From Octopus bimaculoides (lineage: Eukaryota), in the NCBI RefSeq assembly GCF_001194135.2, contig NC_068981.1:114047955-114111954 (forward strand): a stretch of DNA of 64,000 nt, read 5' to 3'. Made by a program: the position numbers and the translations under genes. Positions 53,001-64,000 of the stretch are shown in pieces. A model generated the notes under the pieces. The model was not told where the DNA came from and made no database searches. It saw only the letters and a list, made by a program, of their open reading frames with translations. Every line of letters starts with the position of its first letter. Position 1 is the first letter of the stretch.

Positions 53001-53165
53001 GAGCTCGACACACTTTGTTTTCAAACTCTTTATATTTCTCTTTCTCATTAGCAGCAGGCCACAAAATCCTCGGTCTCCTCCGAGTACTATCTGATGCACC
53101 AGACTCATGACTTACAGTTTCCTGACGGGAAGAGGTCTTTGCTGTAGCATTTATCGTAAACTACC
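50030..53165 (-). mobile_element. HERO-type (R2 group) non-LTR retrotransposon, 5'-truncated, well preserved
   Basis: WPAANEK; FRPIPLLNVEGKIF; WLDLANAYGSVPH; GVAAGCTIS; AFMDD; CKCGKVGTLKHILSNC..RYTWRHN; C-terminal VEKASHWIWLKRD; stop at 50200-50202; few disruptions; REL core falls in the N-gap. Confidence 0.9.
50074..50128 (-). ncRNA. Putative non-circularly permuted hammerhead ribozyme
   Basis: Order UGCCGUC-GAGAG...GAAACGGCG...CUCUC-CUGAUGA; stem I has 5 bp and stem III has 5-6 bp; stem II pairing is atypical. Confidence 0.65.
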
Positions 53166-53167
53166 TG

Positions 53168-53480
53168 TCATTTGCAAGTGTAAGTACCAGTCTTCAACTG
53201 GGGTTGTTGTAATCGACGTACCACTCTCCCGAAATTGCTGGTCTTGTGCGAAACTTTGAAATCAGTATTGATTCCCGCATCAAGATGTCGAGCTGGTATA
53301 GATATACATGCGCATACAGATATACACATACATATATAAGTACCTATATACACGTATCTATGTCTATGTCCACGTATAAATCTCTGTCTTGGTAAGAAGC
53401 TTGCTCCCCAACCATATGGTTCCACCCACAGTCCCACTGCATGGCCCCTTTGACAAGTGTCTTCTGATATAGCCGCATCG
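53168..53480 (+). mobile_element. SINE fragments (Deu-type 3' part and OR-type head)
   Basis: aagtaccagt...ggggttgttgtaatcgac; ggtaagaagcttgctccccaaccatatggttcc. Confidence 0.65.
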
Positions 53481-53704
53481 TAGTTGTTAGTGCAGTTCAA
53501 TAATCGACATTTCTGTATAATTTTAGAGTGGAATTATGCATTGTAGTCAACAAGTAGCATGAATCGTAATATACCAAACTTCATTATTCCATATTTATAG
53601 CAAAATTACTTCATCTATTAAAAAGTGCATATACTATCCAAGCAAGCTACACTCAGAATAAAATATAATTCATTTACTAACAATCAATAATGATATTTTT
53701 ACAG

Positions 53705-53922
53705 ATTGCAGAAATATCGAATGTAAATCACTCTTTATCTGGTACGGAGTAGGTGACAATATGGCAAATGTAATTGATGCAACAACAAAACCTAAAAAGT
53801 CATTAAAAAATGAAGAATCTTCTGAATATCCACGTCCTATATTTCGTCGGAATAAGAAAAACAACATAAATATTGAGTCACCATCACATGTAAGTGATGA
53901 CAAGTATGGATTTCTGACAATG
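53705..53922 (+). CDS. Candidate host-gene exon, product unknown
   Basis: TACTAAC branch site 53675-53681, tttttacAG acceptor, frame open throughout (xCRNIECKSLFIWYGVGDNMANVID...KYGFLTM), donors GTAAGT (53890) and GTAAGC (53923). No family recognised. Confidence 0.42.
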
Positions 53923-56586
53923 GTAAGCTTATTAACGTTTTGTTTCATTTCATTTTAATATTTGTTCTCTTCTGTTTGCTTGTTTTTTTGTTATATACCT
54001 TGTATTTTTTTATTATATCTAATATTTTCCGTTTCTGCCGTGAACAATTCCACCTCTTTTACGGCATATTACATCTATAACTACATTATCCAATATGTTC
54101 TAGTTTTAAGATTGTAGGATGCGACCCTTAGCTATAATCTATAGCAGGTCAAACAACCACATGGAGGCTCTCTTCCTGACTACACAAAAAGTTGTAGAGT
54201 AGATGAACAATATAGAAAAAGGAAAGGTGGTCTTAGTTGGTAGAGCTTATTGGAAAGTATTGATTTAACAAAAGGCCTAAGAAAGTTTTATTGCATACAG
54301 TACCTCGTTTAGCTTCATGTTAACGATCAATATCTTATACCGTTCAGCACGCATGCTGTGCATTCTTACAAAGCATGCAATATATGAATTATACAATTTG
54401 AACATCAGAATTAAATTGATTTTATTCACACTTAACTTCTGGATTAAGGGAAGTGATATTCCTAGTTACTCCGGTTTCTATTCCTAACATTTCAGTGAAC
54501 TTTACCAATATGAAATAGCTTTGCAGCTGGTTAAAGCATAGATTCATGTACACCTATCTCGTACCAGATGTATTACTTCATAAATCGAGGAGTCGTTTCA
54601 AAATTTTTAGTGGTAATAATATTGCGCCGTTTCCATCCTGTATCCAATTTTTTTAAAGGAAATTCCTGTGTAGAACAAAACACACATATTCATTAGAATA
54701 TTTACTGTATCGCCTTAAATTTATGTTTCAACTTTTCTACATACATTCACAGCATGAAAAACGACGTATAATCAGCCTTTTGCTATATACTCAGCATAGT
54801 TTTATTTCTTTATGGCATGGTAAATAAATTATAGTTTAATACTGAGAGTTCTATGCGAATACTGTAGGTCTGCGTCGACAGAAAATAGAGAAAAAAAAGA
54901 TTTAAAGTTTCGTTCGGCGTTCATTGTCGAAACGCTTGACACTTCATTTTATGCAGTAATATCAGCTCAGCTAAACATATTATTCGTATTTTTTACCAAA
55001 CGTTTCTGAAATTTGTAACTTTGTAACACATTCCAAGTGTTTGGAACTATTCATGAACTAATGGTATGTACTGAAGTATCCTTTAACAGATTTTTTTGTA
55101 ATTATCAATTGTTATATGCTTAAGAAAATGTTATCGTTGTTTACATCTGTTTTCATTAAGACTCTAGTTGTATGAAGGTTATTTGCATGTGACATGTATA
55201 CTAACTGCTTGATTCATTCGATTGCAGTTCTTAGAATAATACTACTTTATGTTTCTATTTTGGCTTAGTAGAAGTGGATTCTTCCTAAGGCCTTTACAGG
55301 CCTTTCATGATTGATAAAACCGATGATGTTGATATCTTTCTTGAACAACTGCCAGTTGACCAATGCAAAGAAATAGTTGGCAGGGGCAAATTTCAGTTGG
55401 CTGGCGCCCAAGAAAGATAGGATTGGAGAACTAATTAGTAGAATACCTAGTATGTAAACACAATACAGGTAAAAATTGTAACTGAGATGAGCCGTGAAGA
55501 TCCGATTGGAGGTTGCAGGGTACTAAGCAACTCCGAGGAGTATAGACAGTTTTTAGTTACAGTAGAAAAGTCAGAGAGTCAGTTGTCGAGTACCACAACG
55601 TTGGATTTTTTTCTAAATTTCTCATGGGCAAGCAACTACTGGTGGACATAGGAAACCAGGTCTTCTGTAGGTTTTGGTTTTATGCATAATTACGTATTGT
55701 AATCCATAAAATGTTTATCAGGCAGCATATTAAACTGGTCAGTTTCTCAAAAAACGGAAACGTATTGCCCAACATCAAATGCACATGTAACACACTCTTA
55801 AATATCATACAACATATGAAAAGAAAGATAACTATCAGTTTATTCATTTTCGCACAACTTATCTAGTATATTGCATTAATTAATATATTTACTTTATATG
55901 GCTAACGATTTTATTTTGGAAGATGTATACCACACACCTTATATATGGGTATATACATGTATTATGCATAAAAAAGGACGCTTATTTAATATTTATTCAA
56001 CATTTAAAAACATTCAATAGCACAGTTGTAAGGTGAGCTTGCATTTTCTGATTAGGCTTCGTAATCTAAAGAATAGGATACCGAATAACTCCAAGGAGTA
56101 TATGCAGCTGATTGTTATATTCCGATCGTATATAGTAATAATAGTTATTGACACCAACGACTAGCTTTAGGTATGAGAACTGTCTCTGCTATCACCAGTA
56201 ACCTTTAAGCTCACAAGAAAATTTCATAGAATTACATAAAATATTTTACGTTTAATACAACTCTTAATAGGTAACAGTAAAACAGCTAAATAAAATGTTA
56301 CCTAACTAGAGATTCTGCCAACTTGGCTGCATAAATCTCTGATATAATCAACACGTTAAAACTATGCTGCAGCCCATATTAATTTTATAAAGCAATAACA
56401 GTTGCGCGGACTGGACGCAAGTGTAGTTGGATGATTGAGATGTGCGCTTCACATCCCAGGAGTTTAGATTACGATCAAGTTGACTTTTCTGTCATAGCTT
56501 TGTTATTGTCGAAACATTGTGAATGCAATTTGGGAGACAGAATCTCTCAAGAATCCCGCTTACACATTCAGGTATCCCTGCACGTA

Positions 56587-56621
<35 letters not shown>

Positions 56622-57199
56622 ATACACACACACACACACATACGGCTTTGTAAACACACAGGTGAATCTCCACGGTATCAGAGTATACTTTTCTAGAGCA
56701 GTAACAGACTAATTTGATCAAAGTGAAATTGTTTTTTATCTTTACAATAGTATTGAGTAATCTTTCTACCGACAGTCACCACTAAAGGTGTGTGTGTGTG
56801 CGTATGTGTGTTTGAGAATATATGCTTGAGACTATGAGCATATGCTTCAGCGATGTTTATAGGCAAAAACTCATAAACATCAATGCATTCAAATATAAGT
56901 CCTTTGTGATCTTTCTACCGACAATCTTTGGCCACTATTGCGATGCAAGAAAGTAGTCATTACTTTATAGCAAATCCTTATCCAGCACCGGTAACATTCA
57001 CAAAATATGATACAAAGTAAATAAACATAAAAAATGCATTTTAACAATCTCAATACTCTAATTGTTTTTGTCGGAAGGAATTATACCCAAAGCTAGATTG
57101 GAGACCCTCAATTATTTCTTCCTGCGGCTAACTCTGGATATGAAACTTAGTTACTATTTTCGGTTTTAATGTATAAGTATCAGTACTCAAACTTCCCTA

Positions 57200-57315
57200 A
57201 GTTTCAACAAATATTTGCTGACATAAGTAGTCGAAAATTAAATACTGGGGATAGAAGTGAACGACAATTTTTAATGGGCCCCTGTGTTTAACATTGCCCT
57301 TCACCTGGATTCCCG

Positions 57316-57346
<31 letters not shown>

Positions 57347-57846
57347 CATGAAAAAAAAAAGAAATTTGCATACGCATGTCAAGTATAACGACTGTAGGCG
57401 AACTAATGGACAGAATCACAAAATATTCAGGAGAGTAACAAGAGGCCTATCTCTCAACTACCGTATTTGTACATACGAATTGCTTCTTTCTTCATCCATC
57501 TCTTTCACCAGTTTGATTGTCCGCATCACTCTCATTGTCTATGTAAGGATAAACTCTTCGTCCGAAGAGTAAATATAATCAATAATTTCCTCAACTGTAC
57601 CAAGTTCTGGGTTCGTAACGCGCTCGTTTCGTTGCAAAACATCCGTTTCCTTTTCCGATTAAAAAAAAAGAACAGCTCTGGGGAGGTGGGGCTTCACTAT
57701 CAATAACTGCAAAGTGATCGGTTGTCTCTTTTTATAATTTTATCTTTTTTTTTTCTGCGTGTGTTGCTTATTACTGTTTCAACGCGAATTGGATAGAGAT
57801 GACATTTTGGCTATTCCTGCATAACAGGCAACACGGCGTGACAGAG
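57200..57846 (-). mobile_element. Probable piggyBac 5' relic
   Basis: Acidic N-terminus TVEEIIDYIYSSDEEF/DNESDAD, then a QIFVET motif; TTAA at 57847-57850 next to the putative end. Confidence 0.45.
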
Positions 57847-58229
57847 TTAAGAGCTAACACCTCGCCCAAGGAACTATGAAATATTTCTTTAAAAATAACA
57901 TCTGGTGGGAAAGGTAAGCTGTATTATGTATTGTCCATACGTTTTGTAAGAAAGCTAGTGACACATAAAACTAGATTATAAATATTTATCTTAAATGGTG
58001 AACAATATTGTCGTTGAACACAGATTTTCCCATGGATTAATCGCTGATTCACTGCACCTCTGACAGTGAGAAAGTCACGGGATTACGCAACAGAACAAAC
58101 ATCTCCATTAGTCATTCATGCCATCAGAAATTCAATAAGTCAGTCATTAGCCTATTGGAAATGTATATCTCATATCGGTACTGTCCGCCGTTCGCTATTA
58201 AGAATTTTGATAAAAGTAATTGATATTTA

Positions 58230-58617
58230 GACACAAGCGTGGCTGTGTGGTTAGAAGCTTCCTTCCCAACCACGTGGTTCCGGGTTCGGCTACACTGCGT
58301 AACACCTTGGGTAAGTGCCTTCCTTTATTGCCTCGAGCCCATCAAAGCCTTGTGAGTGGATATGGTAGACGGAAAGTGAAAGAAATCCGTCGTGCGTGTG
58401 TGTATGTGTTTGTGCCTGTGTTTATTCCCTCATCACCGCTTGACAACCGGTTTTGGTGTGTTTACGTCACCGTGACTTAGCGTTCCTGCAAAAAAAAACG
58501 ATAAAATAAGTGCTAGGTTTAAAAAAATAAGTACTGGGCTCGAGTCATTCGACCGAAACATAATTCACGGTGGTGCCCTTGTATGACTGCACTCTAACTG
58601 AAACAAATAAAAGATAA
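58230..58617 (+). mobile_element. OR-type CORE SINE, older copy
   Basis: Same family as 6359-6825. Confidence 0.85.
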
Positions 58618-59339
58618 AAGATGTGTGTGTGTGTGTGTGTGTGTGCGTGCGTGCGTGCGCGCGCGCTTGGTGTACAACAGGCTTCTTTACAAATTCCGTT
58701 TATTCATCACCCGATCTAACATCATCCTGCAGCTTATGAGCCTTTAAAAGAGAGCACTATGTTGCAAGGATTCGGGTTGTGTGTTTGTTTTGAGGATACA
58801 TGTAAGTGTCATGACCCTGTGAAGAGTCATGGCCCAGTAAAGAGTAGAAAAGGATTTACATTGAGAAGAAGAAAATAACATCATGCGAAAATATATTTAT
58901 GAAAATGTTTTCATGGTTACACATGTAAATTAACAGAAGAACGAAATGCTTGTTAAACTAAAAATGTATCACTGTGCCAGTGATAATGGTGGATATTAGT
59001 GTGAAATTATATGGGATACCAAAATATTGTTAATATTTAATAGTATTAAAAATACCTCAAGCATTTATCTATTTATTTATATAGATCGCAAATCTTGCCC
59101 CAGTCGACATTAACTGTCATCTTTCCAAGTTCAATTGAGTAAATTACACTCAGAATACTGGAGTCGGGAAAACTGACTATGTTTTTGAAACCTTTTGTCA
59201 ATGTTATACATCAATTTTTATTAAGTCGTTACGAAAATTTTCGGGCAACATCTTTTCGTTTTGAAAAATTAAATGAACAAGATTCATATTTGATCAAAAT
59301 ATTATGTAAGAATAGGCGTACCAAATTGAAATTTAACCT

Positions 59340-59347
59340 ATCTATCT

Positions 59348-59438
<91 letters not shown>

Positions 59439-59526
59439 CATCCTTCCATCCATCCATCTATCTATCTATCCATCTATCCATCCATCCATCCATCCATCCA
59501 TCCATCCATATATATATATATATATA
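59340..59526. repeat. (CTAT)n/(CCAT)n microsatellite
   Basis: Read directly from the sequence. Confidence 0.97.
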
Positions 59527-59959
59527 NNNNNNNNNNNNNNNNNNNNNNNNNNNNNNNNNNNNNNNNNNNNNNNNNNNNNNNNNNNNNNNNNNNNNNNNNN
59601 NNNNNNNNNNNNNNNNNNNNNNNNNNNNNNNNNNNNNNNNNNNNNNNNNNNNNNNNNNNNNNNNNNNNNNNNNNNNNNNNNNNNNNNNNNNNNNNNNNNN
59701 NNNNNNNNNNNNNNNNNNNNNNNNNNNNNNNNNNNNNNNNNNNNNNNNNNNNNNNNNNNNNNNNNNNNNNNNNNNNNNNNNNNNNNNNNNNNNNNNNNNN
59801 NNNNNNNNNNNNNNNNNNNNNNNNNNNNNNNNNNNNNNNNNNNNNNNNNNNNNNNNNNNNNNNNNNNNNNNNNNNNNNNNNNNNNNNNNNNNNNNNNNNN
59901 NNNNNNNNNNNNNNNNNNNNNNNNNATATATATCTATATATATATATATATATATATAT

Positions 59960-61665
59960 ACAGGTTCGTGGGTAAGGCCAGAACAAAGCGAAGTAAATGC
60001 AAGGCAAATCACAAGAAAACAAATATATGAATTAAAGTAGACTTACTTTGTATTCAATATTTCGGGTTATGACCCCATTTTCAAGAAATTAACGAATATT
60101 GACGATGTGTGTGTATGTGAGCATGCGTAGAGTGGACATGCGCGGAAAGGTATTGCTATAGCAACCAGCTAGTTTCCTGTAACTCTCTTCTGTTGGTGAT
60201 CTTCGGGTTCTTTTGGTGTATGCGGATGGCCTCAGAGATTCTAAAGTTGCCCCTCATCCGCTGTGTTGCCTTGATGTGCACTATGAATTCCCAGGTCTGG
60301 CATTTCCGTAGATGTTTCTTCACAGAAGCGTCCGCCTCCATGTGTTCCTTAATGCGTATATGTAATTTCCTTGTTTGGCTTCCTATGTAGGATGCGTCAC
60401 ATTTGCCATAGATGATCTCGTATTCAACATAGGTCCTCTGACACAATTCAGGGTCATTCATGGGTAGTTCGATAATGTGCACTACTCGGAGTAGTGAGAG
60501 ATGATGTTCTTGAACAGAACTTTTCTCAGAGAAGGGCCGGTGTGCACTATCTGTAGTCGAGTTCTCCCTGCAGACTGTGTTGTATCGCTGCAGTAGTTCT
60601 GTCGTCAAATTGTGGTAGCTTTAGGAAGCACGTGCTGGACTTGGAAGTATGGTGGTTCTTTTTGGGTTTATTGACCCTAATGTTGTTTAGCTAAAGATGG
60701 CGGGTAGCCATTCAGGGTTAGGTCTCTGAGAAACTGCTTGGTGTTGACGGGTGTGTCGGTCACGTCGCTGCAATTGTTGTTTATACGTGCAATCTCGTTT
60801 CTCACGTATGCGGCTTTGGCTCTGATTGGTAATAGACGAAAAGTTTTCTACTAGCGGCTTTTCTGTAGAAGCTGGTAAATATGGAGCCTTTCTCTGTGAT
60901 TCTGAGTTGAAAGTCGAGTGGGGAGGGGGTTGCGGATTCGTCTGGATGCTCAATCTCGAATTTGAGGTTTATATCGGTGTTATTGAAGGTTCGGTGTATA
61001 TTAATGGCCTCATTCCTAAAGGACGTGATGATAAGGATGTCATCAACGTACCTGGAGAAGAAGATGTATGAGAGGCAGGTGTTAAGTGCTGTGCGTTCTA
61101 GCTTATCCATGTACGTGGTGGTCAGCAGGCCTGAAAGACTAGATCCCATAGGAAGGCCGGAAGTCTATTTGTAAATCACACCGTTGTATTGGAAATAGGT
61201 TAGTAATGGTTAGTAATTCTCGTATGTCTGTGGGGGTGATGCCGAAGAGCTGAAGGGTGGTGGATGGGGAGGTGACAGAAAATGATGGGGAAGTGACATA
61301 ACATGATGGGGAGGTGACAGAAAATGATGGGGAGGTGACAGAAAATGATGGGGAGGATGTTGCACGGGAGGTAGGTAGGTGGCAAGGAGATATGGTGGGA
61401 GATAAGGACGTGATGTGGTCTATGAGGAAATCGACGGCCGGGAGAGCGGGTATAGAGCTGTAGAGGGAAACTACGTCTAAACTAAAAGCGTATGTGTTCG
61501 TTTTAAGTATTGAGGGGTTGATATCTTTGAGTTTTGAGAAGATTTCGTGGGAACTGGTGACTTGTCCGGGGAATACCTGTAGTAAGGGCTTGAGGAGTTT
61601 AGATAGGAGCCAAAAAAGTTTATAGAAAGGACTGTTAATTCCTGATACTATGGGTCTGATTTTAA
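59960..61665 (-). mobile_element. Penelope-like element (RT + GIY-YIG + pLTR), 5'-truncated
   Basis: IRPIVSGINSP; SLDVVSLYSSIP; MGSSLSGLL; SRYVDDILII; FYRKA; YEI...CDASYIGSQTRKLHIRIKEH; EAIRIHQKNP. Confidence 0.92.
60052..60089 (-). ncRNA. Putative hammerhead variant with a U3-A8 core
   Basis: uuc UUGAAAA U GGG gucauaa CCC GAAA U|AUU gaa. Confidence 0.55.
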
Positions 61666-61688
61666 GCATATATATATACGTACATACG

Positions 61689-61747
<59 letters not shown>

Positions 61748-61959
61748 ACATACATACATACATGCCTACATATAATATATATATTGTTGTGTCTGGGAAG
61801 CGTCATTCTCTTTTAGTACCTTATTATTTAACACACTCACCAGTAAAGTTTCCACTCGTTTATTTATATATTTGTTCCTAAAAGTTTCGTTGCAACCTTT
61901 TCAATATTTATCCCGCCCACTCTATCCATCTATAGACACAGACATACATTTTTCTGTGG

Positions 61960-63540
61960 AGAAATACATTGAGATTAATCTGTGAGAGCGAAGTAGAGTT
62001 CCGTGAAGTCAACACGAAGGAACAGCGTCTCCTTCTTAGACTAATATGTGACAGTTACTATTTAGACGACCATGACCTCAGTAGATTCTGTTCCACCAGG
62101 TCACAGAAGGGAAAACCACCCATCATTACCTCTGTAGTGAAGAAAAGCATCACAGAGTGCTAGAATGGCTGACCGTACCCACCAAAGACCCTGAGAACAA
62201 CAATCAGGTGAAAGGAATGATTGCACATGCAACAGAAGCTAGCGTAAGAACCACCTTGAAGAACCACATAGTAAAGTTTTAGCAAGAAACTTAACATACA
62301 AGTTGAAGGTACAGCCATTGGTGTTGGTGTAGCTGGAGATGTGGCCGAACCCTTCATGGCATGGCGGGACAGAAAACCTAAGCAACCCTTAGCAGAACAG
62401 TCCACAACTATTTTACTTTACAGTAGGTATGCAGACAACATTAACATCCTAGTTAAGACCAACTCTAGTAACGGTAATGTAGAGACTGAGAGGAAGATAA
62501 TGGAGAGCATCCAGCAAGTAGCTAACTCCATCTACCAAAGTATCAAGGTAACTATAGATTACCCCACTAAGCACCCCAACAATAGACTCCCCGTCCTTGA
62601 TACTAAACTTTGATTAGAGACTGTGAACAACAGAGTGCAGCTCCTACACTCTTATTACATGAATCCAATAGCTTTCAAATATGTTGTTCACAAGAATTCA
62701 GCTTTGCCACACAACATGAAAATTAACACACTGATAGCAGACTTAGTTAGGATAATGAACAACGTGTCCCCACTATGCAAACCCTATGAAACGAAGAAAC
62801 ATGTACAGAACTTTATGCACCGCATGCAGTTCTCTGGATATGATCAGAAAGATAGGGTTCATGTATACAGGGTGCTGGAAAGAAGTTAGATAACATTTAT
62901 ATAATGAAACCAGTAGTACCTGCCCTACATATAGAAGTAAAGACTGGAATAGGATACAAAGAGTTTGTGACAAAGCAAGCAGCGTGAACACGTGGTACAA
63001 GACGGAAAAGTATCAAGGAGTGATGTTTTAGGAGTCACAGCACATGGAAAACTAGCCCGTAGATTTAGGATAGCCCTGAAGGAGGCCAAACTCACCATTA
63101 AGATGGCTGAATAGCCAGAGTACGCCATCAGATCTCGACTATATAGGACGTACCTCTTTGAGAATACCACATGCACCAATGATAACTGCATGGTATGTAG
63201 GATTAACCCTTGCATTAACTGTAGAACTATAAATGTTGTCTACAGCATAATATGCATAGAAGGTGCTTGTAAAGATATGAACAAGGCGTCCATAGAAGAG
63301 ATATCTAGGAGCATTACAGAAAGACTAAATGAACATTTGAGACAATATAACGACAAAAAACAGTCCTCCATCCTCTACCAACATGCCGAGGACCACCATG
63401 GAGGCAACTTGGGTCAACTTGACATCTACATTTTATCCAAGCACCCAAAGGACCCAACACGCAGACAAATACGGGAGTACGTCCTCATAGATTAAGCATC
63501 CCCATTACTGAATATGAAATACACGTAGTACAGGAAGAAT
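61960..63540 (+). mobile_element. Penelope-like element (RT + Cys-rich linker + GIY-YIG), decayed
   Basis: EGTAIGVGVAGDVA; YSRYADNI; RLPVLDT; HSYYMNP...HKNSALP; CTNDNCMVC...NVVYSIIC...SRSITERLNEH. Confidence 0.88.
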
Positions 63541-63919
63541 AGTTAGTGGGCTGTTATGTAGAGGTGTGTATGTGTGTGTGCATGTATACGTATACGTAAA
63601 TGTATATGCACGTGTATGTAGGTAAACAGATGTGAATGTAAACAGATAGACATACAGACGGATGGGTACATAGGTAATATGAACAGACAAGCACGCATAC
63701 GCAATTGAAGACTAAAGCACGTGACCATATACACACACACTTCACACAAATACACATCGAGACACGCATCCATACATACAGATACAGTACATAGTCATAA
63801 AAACACAGACACTCAGACATGCATACAGAAGGAGACAGAGGTAGACACACACATGCAAGCACATACACACACATAAAAACACACAAACACATGAATATGC
63901 CGAATACATACATACAAAC

Positions 63920-63965
<46 letters not shown>

Positions 63966-64000
63966 ATAAGAGTGAAAAAACTACAGAAGGCTTGTGTTAC

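Noticed and set aside
55250-55740. Possible second exon or CR1 relic
   Set aside because: Phase-0 splicing from the candidate exon hits a stop, and the LINE-like hints conflict between strands.

Overview
AT-rich eukaryotic genomic DNA with eight N-gaps and very many microsatellites. The SINE families point to an octopod cephalopod (inference). No complete host gene is recognisable; the only candidate is one possible internal exon at 53705-53922 (+). The window is mostly transposon remains: about 11 R4/Dong-type RT+REL LINE fragments, one well-preserved HERO-type LINE, L1/Tx1 and CR1-group pieces, several Penelope-like (PLE) relics, Gypsy RT/integrase pieces, two mariners, a probable piggyBac relic, and CORE/Deu-type tRNA SINEs. 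The most interesting unexplained signal is a set of hammerhead-ribozyme motifs attached to different retroelements. These are a rearranged (non-circularly permuted) hammerhead in the HERO 3' UTR, a minimal hammerhead in the tail of a tRNA-headed SINE with a PLE-style inverted 5' copy, a U3-A8 covariant hammerhead at a PLE 3' end, and a canonical one between the arms of a long inverted duplication. All family calls come from recognising motifs by eye, not from database searches. Most element boundaries are approximate.
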